Origin: Candidatus Gottesmanbacteria bacterium RBG_16_52_11
Lineage (GTDB): Bacteria > Patescibacteriota > Microgenomatia > UBA10105 > UBA927
Length of the DNA stretch: 64,000 nucleotides
Direction: 5' to 3'
NCBI GenBank assembly: GCA_001779095.1
Contig: MFJD01000004.1
Location: 173,031 to 237,030, forward strand
In this document: in pieces, positions 56,626-64,000 of the stretch
Numbering within the stretch: position 1 is the first letter of the stretch
How the letters are laid out: every line of letters begins with the position of its first letter
The notes under the pieces: model-generated
Databases searched by the model: none
What the model saw: the letters and a program-made list of their open reading frames with translations, nothing else
What the model was told of the DNA's origin: nothing
Made by a program: the position numbers and the translations under genes

Positions 56626-57660
56626 ATGAAAGCGGCAATCCTGACAGAACTAAAAAAACCGCTGGTGGTGGCGGATATCGATCTGCCGAAAACCCCGGAC
56701 TACGGACAGGTCCTGGTGAGGGTCAGGTATTCCGGCATCTGCGGGGCGCAGCTTAATGAAATCGACGGCGCCAAAGGTCCCGATAAGTTCCTGCCGCACC
56801 TGTTGGGGCATGAAGGCGGGGGAGTAGTGGAAAAAGTCGGGCAGGGTGTGACACAAGTTAAACGGGGCGACCATGTGGTGCTCCATTGGCGGCAGGGACG
56901 GGGCATCCAGTCCGCCACTCCGGTATACCGGTGGGGTAAGAAAAAGGTGAATGCCGGCTGGGTGACTACTTTCAACGAGTACGCCGTGGTATCGGAAAAC
57001 CGGGTGACGCCGATACCCAGAGATTACAGTCTGGAGTCAGCATCCCTTTACGGCTGCGCCATTACATCGGCATTCGGGGTGGTGCATAACGACGCCGGCC
57101 TGAAAAGCGGCGAGTCGATTATCATATACGGGGCCGGAGGAGTCGGATCGGCAATAATTCTGGCCGCCCGGGTAGCCGGCGCCAATCCGATAGTGGCGGT
57201 TGACATCCTGGATTCCAAACTCAATTTTGCCCGGACAATCGGGGCAACCCATACTTTAAACGGTTCAAAAACAGATATTGAAAAGGCGGTCCGACCGGTC
57301 GTTGGTGATGCCGGGGCTGATGTGACTGTCGACACTACCGGCATAGCCGGTATCCGGGAACTGGCTTACCGGAGCGCATCGCCGGCCGGCCGGACGGTGC
57401 TGGTGGGCGTACCGAGAAAGGGCGAAACCATGTCTATCGATTCATTCCCGCTGCATTTTGACAAAGTTCTGACCGGCAGCCACGGCGGCGACGCCGATCC
57501 GGCCTACGATATCCCCAGGCTGATCCGGCTGGAGAGAACCGGAGCATTCGATCCTGCTAAACTGATTACGAAAACATACCCCCTGGACAGGATAAATGAA
57601 GCAATTGCCGCAGTCAGAAACGGCAGCGTCATCCGGGCGGCAGTGAAAATGGATTTATAA
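56626..57660 (+). CDS. Zn-dependent medium-chain dehydrogenase lacking the structural-Zn lobe
   Basis: SGICGAQ, LGHEGGG, GDHVV with no four-Cys loop, YGCAIT, YGAGGVG. Confidence 0.9.
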   Translation: MKAAILTELKKPLVVADIDLPKTPDYGQVLVRVRYSGICGAQLNEIDGAKGPDKFLPHLLGHEGGGVVEKVGQGVTQVKRGDHVVLHWRQGRGIQSATPVYRWGKKKVNAGWVTTFNEYAVVSENRVTPIPRDYSLESASLYGCAITSAFGVVHNDAGLKSGESIIIYGAGGVGSAIILAARVAGANPIVAVDILDSKLNFARTIGATHTLNGSKTDIEKAVRPVVGDAGADVTVDTTGIAGIRELAYRSASPAGRTVLVGVPRKGETMSIDSFPLHFDKVLTGSHGGDADPAYDIPRLIRLERTGAFDPAKLITKTYPLDRINEAIAAVRNGSVIRAAVKMDL

Positions 57661-57733
57661 GTCCGCTGATATTCATCAGATCCCGGAGCATCAGATGTTT
57701 AACAGTCAAAAGCTAAGACAGGCGGATTGTGTA

Positions 57734-58498
57734 ATGTCAGGGAGATTACGCCATACGGCAAAAACCATCGACTGGGGGGATGAAGCTTCCTTCACCGGGC
57801 CGCAGCATTATTTCCGGGAAAGTTTGATAATCCGGACAATAAAGTCAGTTCTCCCTAAGGGAAATGTGCTGGATCTGGGGTGCGGCGGCGGCAGCCTGAT
57901 GGTACGGCTGGCCAGACAGGGATACCACGCATACGGAATTGATATGTCCCCCAAAGCGGTTGCCCGGGTGAAGGCAACGGTTGCGGGATATGCCTGGCGC
58001 AAAATGGTGCATGTCCGGACGGGCGATGCGACAAAAATCCCCTACCCCCCGGCCAGTATGGACGCGGTCGTAGCCGGTGAAACCCTGGAACATGTCATCC
58101 ATGACCGGGTAGCGGTCAGCGAAGCGTACCGGGTACTAAAACCGGGCGGCAGTTTCATCATTACGGTACCGGCAAATCCCCGTAAATTCGGTGAGATTGA
58201 CCGCCTGGCCGGTCATGTCAGACGGTATACCCGGAATGATCTGAGCTACATTCTGAAAAACGCCGGATTTACGGTCGAACGGATTTTTCAGTGGGGTTTT
58301 CCGCTGACGAACCTGTGGCAGACGTATCTGCTTCTGCCCCTGATCCGGTGGCGGATAAAGCAGGGGGATGCCGTACCTGCGCCTGTCTGGCCGGAGCCGG
58401 CACTACGACTACTGTCTCAGGTATTTTCCGTAGATCTTGTAATCCGCCGGGGCGATCGGGGAGACTGTCTGTTTGCCGTTGCCCGGAAAAATCCATAG
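57734..58498 (+). CDS. Class I SAM-dependent methyltransferase
   Basis: VLDLGCGGG, GDATKIPY, ETLEHV, RVLKPGG..IITVP, GHVRRY. Start is ATG 57734 or 57695. Confidence 0.9.
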   Translation: MSGRLRHTAKTIDWGDEASFTGPQHYFRESLIIRTIKSVLPKGNVLDLGCGGGSLMVRLARQGYHAYGIDMSPKAVARVKATVAGYAWRKMVHVRTGDATKIPYPPASMDAVVAGETLEHVIHDRVAVSEAYRVLKPGGSFIITVPANPRKFGEIDRLAGHVRRYTRNDLSYILKNAGFTVERIFQWGFPLTNLWQTYLLLPLIRWRIKQGDAVPAPVWPEPALRLLSQVFSVDLVIRRGDRGDCLFAVARKNP

Positions 58499-58515
58499 TG
58501 TATGCTATACGTTGT

Positions 58516-59757
58516 ATGACGGGGAGACGGATATATATCCTGGCAGTGCTTCTGGCCGGGTTACTTCTCAGGTTGTGGCTGTCAGATCTGGCGCCGAAGA
58601 ATCTGGAATGGGACGCGTATTACTACTTTCAGGCGGGACGTGATATCGCAGCCGGGACAGCCCGGGCGAACTGCTGCAATATGGCTCCGGGCTACCCGCT
58701 GTTTCTGGCGGTCCATCAGATTATATTCGGTCCGGCGGCCCTCTCTGCAGTCCGAATCAGTCAGGCAGTTCTGGATCTTATCACAGCTGTCCTGGTCTAC
58801 GTGCTCGCCCGGCGTCTGTTCGGCGCGAAAGCAGCCATGCCAGCTTTCACAGTGGCAGCGCTGCAACCTCTGACGCCTTCATATACCGGACTGATCCTCA
58901 CGGAAACCCTGACGCTGACACTGGTCACTGGGGCGGCCTCAATCCTGACGGCCCGGAAATTCAGCCGGACACCGTATCTCTGGTTTGCGCTGGGTGCGGT
59001 ACTCGGGTATACGGCAATCGTGAAAATGTCCCTGTTTCAGTTTACTGCCGTCATGCTGGCTGTCATGGCATTATACTTCGTGATACGGAAAAAGTGGCTG
59101 TTCGTACCCGTTGCTTTGGGGGGGTTTGCCGCAGCGGTATCCTACTCGGTGTACCTTAATTTGCAGACATTCGGAATTGCCAGCATTGTCCCTCCGTACC
59201 GGACCCTGATCGGCCCGCTTTACATCTCATCTTCCATGGGCAGAAGCGGTGAAATGCAGGGAGAACCCTACACCGTGACACCCGAGTATACGGAGTATAT
59301 CGGGGAGTATTACCGGTTGTATAATTCCGATCCGGAAAAACTGGTCGCCCACGACCGCAGCTACCGGGAGAAACTGATTTCCAAGATAAAAAGCGAGCCC
59401 GGGTATTACGTCAGACAGTTGCTGCGCAATAATATCTGGATGTGGGACAAGTATCACCTGTTTATTTACCGCGACCCGTTTTATCCGGCTGACGCAATAT
59501 GGCTGCGGACCGGAAACCTGCTGATACTATCCCTGCATCTGGTCGGGCTTTTCAGTTTCGTGATTCCGGACCGGCGCCGGCTGAGGCATCCGCTGGTTTT
59601 ATGGTCGCTGGCAATGGGGGGTTATACGGCGCTTGCCTACCCGGTATTCAATAATGAAACCAGACTGTCATTGCCGTATTACCCCCTGGTATTCCTGTGG
59701 GCGGGATACGGAATATGGACAGTTACGCAAAAAATCCTTTTACGGAGGCAGTCGTGA
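58516..59757 (+). CDS. ArnT/PMT-like membrane glycosyltransferase
   Basis: EWDAYYY, PGYPLFLA, AVRISQ, LTETL, NETRL. ATG 58516 preferred. Confidence 0.8.
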   Translation: MTGRRIYILAVLLAGLLLRLWLSDLAPKNLEWDAYYYFQAGRDIAAGTARANCCNMAPGYPLFLAVHQIIFGPAALSAVRISQAVLDLITAVLVYVLARRLFGAKAAMPAFTVAALQPLTPSYTGLILTETLTLTLVTGAASILTARKFSRTPYLWFALGAVLGYTAIVKMSLFQFTAVMLAVMALYFVIRKKWLFVPVALGGFAAAVSYSVYLNLQTFGIASIVPPYRTLIGPLYISSSMGRSGEMQGEPYTVTPEYTEYIGEYYRLYNSDPEKLVAHDRSYREKLISKIKSEPGYYVRQLLRNNIWMWDKYHLFIYRDPFYPADAIWLRTGNLLILSLHLVGLFSFVIPDRRRLRHPLVLWSLAMGGYTALAYPVFNNETRLSLPYYPLVFLWAGYGIWTVTQKILLRRQS

Positions 59758-60533
59758 GTTTCCCGGTAAAGGTTGCCTCTGCAGAACGGACCGATCCGGA
59801 TAATCCGTCAGTTTACCCCGTGCTTCTTGAGCACCTGGCAGCTTACCGGTTTGCCGTGGCCTACGTCCGCGGCAAAAAGGTGCTGGAGCTGGGGTGCGGA
59901 ACCGGGTACGGAGCGCAGTTAATAGCCCGCAATGCCAGGCAGGTTACGGCAATTGATATAGACAGGGCAACCATAGAAACGTGTCAGGCCGCAAATACCA
60001 GACGAAACCTGAAATTCCTGACTTCCCCGGTGGAGACGTTTTCGGACGGGCGCAGGTATGACGTGGTGGTGTCTTTTCAGGTGATCGAGCATCTGAGGAA
60101 TCCGGCGAAGCTTCTTGAGACGGCCGGGAAGCATCTGACGAAGCCGGGAGTTCTGATACTGTCAACGCCGAACAAGACGACCCAGGGATACAACGAGAAT
60201 CCGTTTCACTTCCGGGAATTTACCGCGGGCGAGCTGGAGGAATTTCTGGGGAAACGTTTCCGGAAAACCGTACTCTTCGGAGTATACGGAAACCGGACGG
60301 TTGAAACCTACGAATCCGGGCGCAGGGAGAAAATCGGACGGATCTTCGCCCTGGATCCGCTGCGGATAAGGCGCGTCATTCCCCGGCCGGTGAGGCAGGT
60401 AATCTTCAATTACGCTGCCATGGCAGTCAAAGGCAGCATCGGACAGCCGCAACCGGGGCGGGGGAATTATATATACCGGGTGCTGTCCCGGACAATCGGG
60501 GCGATAGACCTGATTGCGGTTTCGGATACCTAA
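59754..60533 (+). CDS. Class I SAM-dependent methyltransferase
   Basis: EHLAAYRF, VLELGCGTGYG, SFQVIEHL, LSTPN, NPFHFREF. GTG 59754 overlaps the upstream stop. Confidence 0.9.
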   Translation: MSFPVKVASAERTDPDNPSVYPVLLEHLAAYRFAVAYVRGKKVLELGCGTGYGAQLIARNARQVTAIDIDRATIETCQAANTRRNLKFLTSPVETFSDGRRYDVVVSFQVIEHLRNPAKLLETAGKHLTKPGVLILSTPNKTTQGYNENPFHFREFTAGELEEFLGKRFRKTVLFGVYGNRTVETYESGRREKIGRIFALDPLRIRRVIPRPVRQVIFNYAAMAVKGSIGQPQPGRGNYIYRVLSRTIGAIDLIAVSDT

Positions 60534-60534
60534 T

Positions 60535-61602
60535 ATGGACCGGCCTCACGTTGATATCCTGATTATCAGCTTCGACAACATATCGGATACCCGGGAATGC
60601 CTGGATTCGGTACTCCGGACTGTATACCCGGATTTCACGGTGCATGTGGTTGATAACGGGTCCGATAATGCCGGGTTCAGGCAGCTCAAACAGGAATTCC
60701 CTGATCCGCGGTTGCGCTTTACCAGAAACAGGGACAATCCCGGATTTGCAGTCACCAACAACCGGCTGCTGTCCCGGGTGGGCGGACCGTTGGCGGTGCT
60801 TCTGAATAACGATACGACGGTAGATCCGAAGTGGCTGACACATCTGGTGAGAAGGATGATGTCGGATACCATACTGATAGCCTGCCAGCCGAAAATCCGT
60901 TCCTACTACCACCGCAGTTACTTCGACTATGCCGGCGGCGGGGGAGGGTATATCGATGCTCTGGGATATCCGTATGTGCGCGGCCGGGTCGGATTTGTGC
61001 TGGAGAAGGACACCGGCCAGTACGATGATCCGGCCGGGATCCAGTGGGCCAGCGGTTCGGCCATGATGGTACGGATCCGTGACTTTGCCCGGGTGGGCAA
61101 ACTGGAAGAGACGTTTTTCATGTACCAGGAAGAGATCGACTGGTGCTGGCGGGCGCTGCGGCTGGGGTACCGGATCGGATTTACCCCGGAATCCGTGGTG
61201 TATCACAAAGGCGCCCAGGCGGCCAAGCATAATCTGGACCGGCGGACCTACCTGGTCCACCGGAATAACCTGCTGATGGTAGCCCGCAATGCTCCCGTGA
61301 CTGCGCTTATATGGATCATTCCCGTCCGGATAGTTCTGGATTTGGCCGCGGCGGCGTACTACCTGGGTAAGGGTCATGCGGGTTTTGTCGGATCGGTGGT
61401 GGCGGCGTATGCGGCATTCCTCCGCAGGCTGCCGGGTGTAATAGCCAGCCGGAAAAGTTCCGGCATAACGGAACGGAAAATCCGCTTCCGGCCGCTGAGC
61501 ATGTACTTGGCGTATTTTCTTCTCGGGCGAAGACGCTACAGCGAGCTGGTGGGGTTGCGGCAGCGGAACACGTCGCAGCTTATTGCCTATACCATATACT
61601 AA
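60535..61602 (+). CDS. GT2 family glycosyltransferase (WbbL/rhamnosyltransferase-like subgroup)
   Basis: VVDNGS, NPGFAVTNN, LLNNDT, WASGSAM, FFMYQEEIDWCWR, VVYHKG. Confidence 0.9.
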   Translation: MDRPHVDILIISFDNISDTRECLDSVLRTVYPDFTVHVVDNGSDNAGFRQLKQEFPDPRLRFTRNRDNPGFAVTNNRLLSRVGGPLAVLLNNDTTVDPKWLTHLVRRMMSDTILIACQPKIRSYYHRSYFDYAGGGGGYIDALGYPYVRGRVGFVLEKDTGQYDDPAGIQWASGSAMMVRIRDFARVGKLEETFFMYQEEIDWCWRALRLGYRIGFTPESVVYHKGAQAAKHNLDRRTYLVHRNNLLMVARNAPVTALIWIIPVRIVLDLAAAAYYLGKGHAGFVGSVVAAYAAFLRRLPGVIASRKSSGITERKIRFRPLSMYLAYFLLGRRRYSELVGLRQRNTSQLIAYTIY

Positions 61603-61634
61603 TCTAGAGCGCCTGGTATGGTAGATTTGGGTAT

Positions 61635-62879
61635 ATGAAAAGCAAATGGGAAACGGTTCTACTCACCGGACTTCTGACCGGCGGGGTAATATTTAAGTTC
61701 TGGTTTGCCCGGCTGAATCCCCAGCCGTTTATCTACGACCAGTGGCAGTATTTCAATTACGCCGTGCAGATGCTCCACAATGGTATCTGGGCGGATCCGT
61801 CCCGACTGTACGGTTTTCCGCTGCTTCTGGTTCCTCTGGTCCGGTTTTTCGGCGATGCCCGGATTCCGTTCACAGTGTGGAATGCGGTTGTGGATTCATT
61901 AACCGGACTGTTGGTCTTTGCCATAGCCAGGCGCACCATCGGGGGGACCGTGCCCTGGATAGCGCTGGTACTGTACCTGGTTAATCCCTTCACCGCCGGA
62001 TACGTCGGGGTGATGCTGACTGAGATGCCGGCAATCCTTTTCGTAACACTGCTTGGTTATCTGGTCGTAATTTCAAGCCGGACAAGGCAGCCGGCGGCAA
62101 TGCTTCTGACCGGACTGATTGCCGGATTCCTGCCGCAGATCCGGCCGGGATATGCGTACTTTTCGGCAGGAGTCCTCGTCTGGCTTCTTATTCATGTTGT
62201 CAGGTCCGTGAAGCGGTCGGGGCTGCCGGTAGCGCTGATCACGCTGGTGCTTTTTGCACTACCTTTTTTCTACAATATCGCAGCCAACCTGCGGATTTTC
62301 AATCAGTTCTCGGTCCAGTCGGTGGATGATGCGTTCTGGCGGGAAGCGTACCTGTCTGTTGTAGTTGACAAGGCACTGCCGACCGGGGATAACCGCCTCT
62401 GGCAGTGGCCGGCGGAAGCGCATCTGACCTGGGTCGAGTACTCATCTCCGACGACGCCGGAGGGGAGAGCCGCCATGGCGGATAAGTATAAGGACAAGGT
62501 TCTGTCCCATTTCCGGCAGGATCCGAAGGGGTTCATACTGTCGCATATCATCAGGATGAAGAATTCGTGGGAGAAGACGTATGTATATCCGTATGACGTA
62601 ATCCGGGAACTGCCCTACCGGAATCTGACGTACAACGGAAACGCCTTACTCCTGATTCTGGGATCCGGGGGTCTTATTGCCGGGCTTATACAATCACGCA
62701 AGCGCCGGGAAATCCGGCCGGCAGTCTGGTACAGCCTGGCTTTATTTGCCTACATGACCGTCACCCACGCCTTCACAACCGGCGAGGAGCGGTTTACTTT
62801 GCCGGCGTATCCGCTGGTGATACTGTGGACTGCTTACCTTATTCAGAAGTTATTTAAATCAGTCAGGTTACTTAGCTGA
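61635..62879 (+). CDS. ArnT/PMT-like membrane glycosyltransferase
   Basis: IYDQWQY, RLYGFPLLL, MLTEMP, QIRP, EERFTLP. TGGTAGATT lies 7 nt before the ATG. Confidence 0.8.
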   Translation: MKSKWETVLLTGLLTGGVIFKFWFARLNPQPFIYDQWQYFNYAVQMLHNGIWADPSRLYGFPLLLVPLVRFFGDARIPFTVWNAVVDSLTGLLVFAIARRTIGGTVPWIALVLYLVNPFTAGYVGVMLTEMPAILFVTLLGYLVVISSRTRQPAAMLLTGLIAGFLPQIRPGYAYFSAGVLVWLLIHVVRSVKRSGLPVALITLVLFALPFFYNIAANLRIFNQFSVQSVDDAFWREAYLSVVVDKALPTGDNRLWQWPAEAHLTWVEYSSPTTPEGRAAMADKYKDKVLSHFRQDPKGFILSHIIRMKNSWEKTYVYPYDVIRELPYRNLTYNGNALLLILGSGGLIAGLIQSRKRREIRPAVWYSLALFAYMTVTHAFTTGEERFTLPAYPLVILWTAYLIQKLFKSVRLLS

Positions 62880-64000
62880 AGGAGACGGGTTAACCCGGAA
62901 GATGACCGCTTCCGGGATGGCGGCGGCTTCATGGAAATTCTCGAGAATGTAGTCTTCTATGACGGTAAACTCCCGGAATGACGGGTCGACCGGCAAAGGT
63001 ATGAGGACGATCTCAACCTGTTTATTTTTCAGCTCCGAGATGACACGCATTTCGATATCCGGCGTATAGATACGGTTGAATCCGAACATTACCGGATAGT
63101 ACGTCGGCGGCTGCGAATCCCTGAGGTAGTAGTACTCCGGCTGGTTGCCGAAAACGTAGAACCGGCCGGCCGGAGGATTTGCCAAGTCCAACAGTCCCAG
63201 AACCCGCCCGGTGCGGGGATTTCGGAACTGGTCGGTCCGTTTCGGAAGCATGTCAAAATATTCGTGAGCGGTTTTGCGGTAGGTAACCAGCAGGAGCCCC
63301 AGTACCAGAACCGCGTAGAGAATCCGGTGGTGGCCTTTCGATTGCGAAATAACGGCGGCGACGAACAGGGAAAAGAAAGCTACTGCCGGAGGCATATGGA
63401 ATTCCTGGCAGCAGGGGACGAAACTCAAAAAAAGCGATACCGTAAGAAATCCCAGGAGAAGCCCCAGAGATCTGATTCTTTTACCGGCGGCAGCGACAGT
63501 CAGACCGGCAACCAATACTATAACCGAGGTAAACAATACGTCGCGGTAAAGCACGTTGGTGGGATGCAGCAGGGCAAACCTGCCCTGGGCCCGGTTAAAC
63601 AGAATCAGGTTATCGACAAACTCCTCTATCCCTCCGGCCAGATAGTAGTAGACAGCGGGCAATAACCAGCCGGCTGCGATGACGAAAAGATAGACTGTCC
63701 GACGGCGCAATATCATCACGGGAATAAGGAGTGCCGCGGCCGTCGGTTTGATAAAGGATGCCAGAAGTATCAGGATAGCGGTCGCGGTGTCAGTCCGTTT
63801 GCCGGGAATTCCGAGCATCAGGAGGTAGACGGTCAGGCAGAAGGCAGTAATGACGGTTTCATCCCAGAGATTGTTCAGATACATCTGATACCCCAGGAGG
63901 AGGTACAAAGCCGTACCGGCGGCAAATCCTGCTGCGCTGGAGGTTTTCCATAAGATTCTCAGCACCAGAAGCAGATTCAGGGTCAGAACCGACAGGTAGA
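62868..64000 (-). CDS. Polytopic membrane protein, probable GT-C; 5' end lies beyond the window
   Basis: The frame is open to the window edge. LWDET, SFIKPT and a C-terminal soluble domain FYVFGNQPEYYYL. Confidence 0.6.
   Translation of the reverse strand, partial: YLSVLTLNLLLVLRILWKTSSAAGFAAGTALYLLLGYQMYLNNLWDETVITAFCLTVYLLMLGIPGKRTDTATAILILLASFIKPTAAALLIPVMILRRRTVYLFVIAAGWLLPAVYYYLAGGIEEFVDNLILFNRAQGRFALLHPTNVLYRDVLFTSVIVLVAGLTVAAAGKRIRSLGLLLGFLTVSLFLSFVPCCQEFHMPPAVAFFSLFVAAVISQSKGHHRILYAVLVLGLLLVTYRKTAHEYFDMLPKRTDQFRNPRTGRVLGLLDLANPPAGRFYVFGNQPEYYYLRDSQPPTYYPVMFGFNRIYTPDIEMRVISELKNKQVEIVLIPLPVDPSFREFTVIEDYILENFHEAAAIPEAVIFRVNPSPSAK

Noticed and set aside
58291-58515. Cys-rich N-terminal extension of the ArnT-like ORF
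   Set aside because: It overlaps the upstream methyltransferase by more than 200 nt, and the paralogs begin at the position equivalent to ATG 58516.
60427-61377. 316-aa minus-strand ORF
   Set aside because: It is the antisense shadow of a well-supported GT2 gene and has no recognisable motifs.
1-64000. Diversity-generating retroelement, retron, prophage or IS
   Set aside because: No reverse transcriptase, TR/VR pair with adenine-specific mismatches, transposase, integrase or phage structural gene was recognised.
1-64000. Alternative genetic code (TGA read-through as in Gracilibacteria/Absconditabacteria)
   Set aside because: Genes are full length under code 11, and many end at TGA in ATGA or GTGA overlaps with the next gene.

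Overview
This window is a 64-kb bacterial cell-surface glycosylation locus, cut off at both ends. A Patescibacteria/CPR (Microgenomates-like) source is my inference from the gene content, the scarcity of Shine-Dalgarno sites and the style of the short repeats; no marker gene is present to confirm it. Glycosyltransferases: about 15 polytopic membrane proteins of probable GT-C fold (five YfhO-like, three ArnT/PMT-like, a paralogous trio with a HEPWRDEAH motif, and four others) and five GT2 enzymes, four of them short DPM1-like proteins without membrane anchors. Sugar synthesis and modification: six extended-SDR nucleotide-sugar enzymes, six class I methyltransferases, an acyltransferase-3, two split transketolase pairs, two APH-family kinases, a GmhA-like SIS protein, an HldE-like enzyme with reversed domain order, a WbuC cupin, a Zn-dehydrogenase and a degenerate sulfotransferase-like protein. 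Opposite-strand phosphatase-like and hypothetical genes are interleaved. I see no flippase (Wzx, GtrA, ABC), Wzy, rRNA, tRNA, transposase, integrase or CRISPR. The most unusual signals are: (1) two translationally coupled pairs of small transmembrane + winged-helix-like proteins; (2) a roughly 210-nt structured non-coding element present twice with compensatory base changes; (3) families of 7-, 8- and 9-mer micro-repeats, two of which sit in frame inside enzymes; (4) strong over-representation of CCGG; (5) probable gene-by-gene leaderless promoters. All protein calls come from motif recognition by eye, not from database searches.
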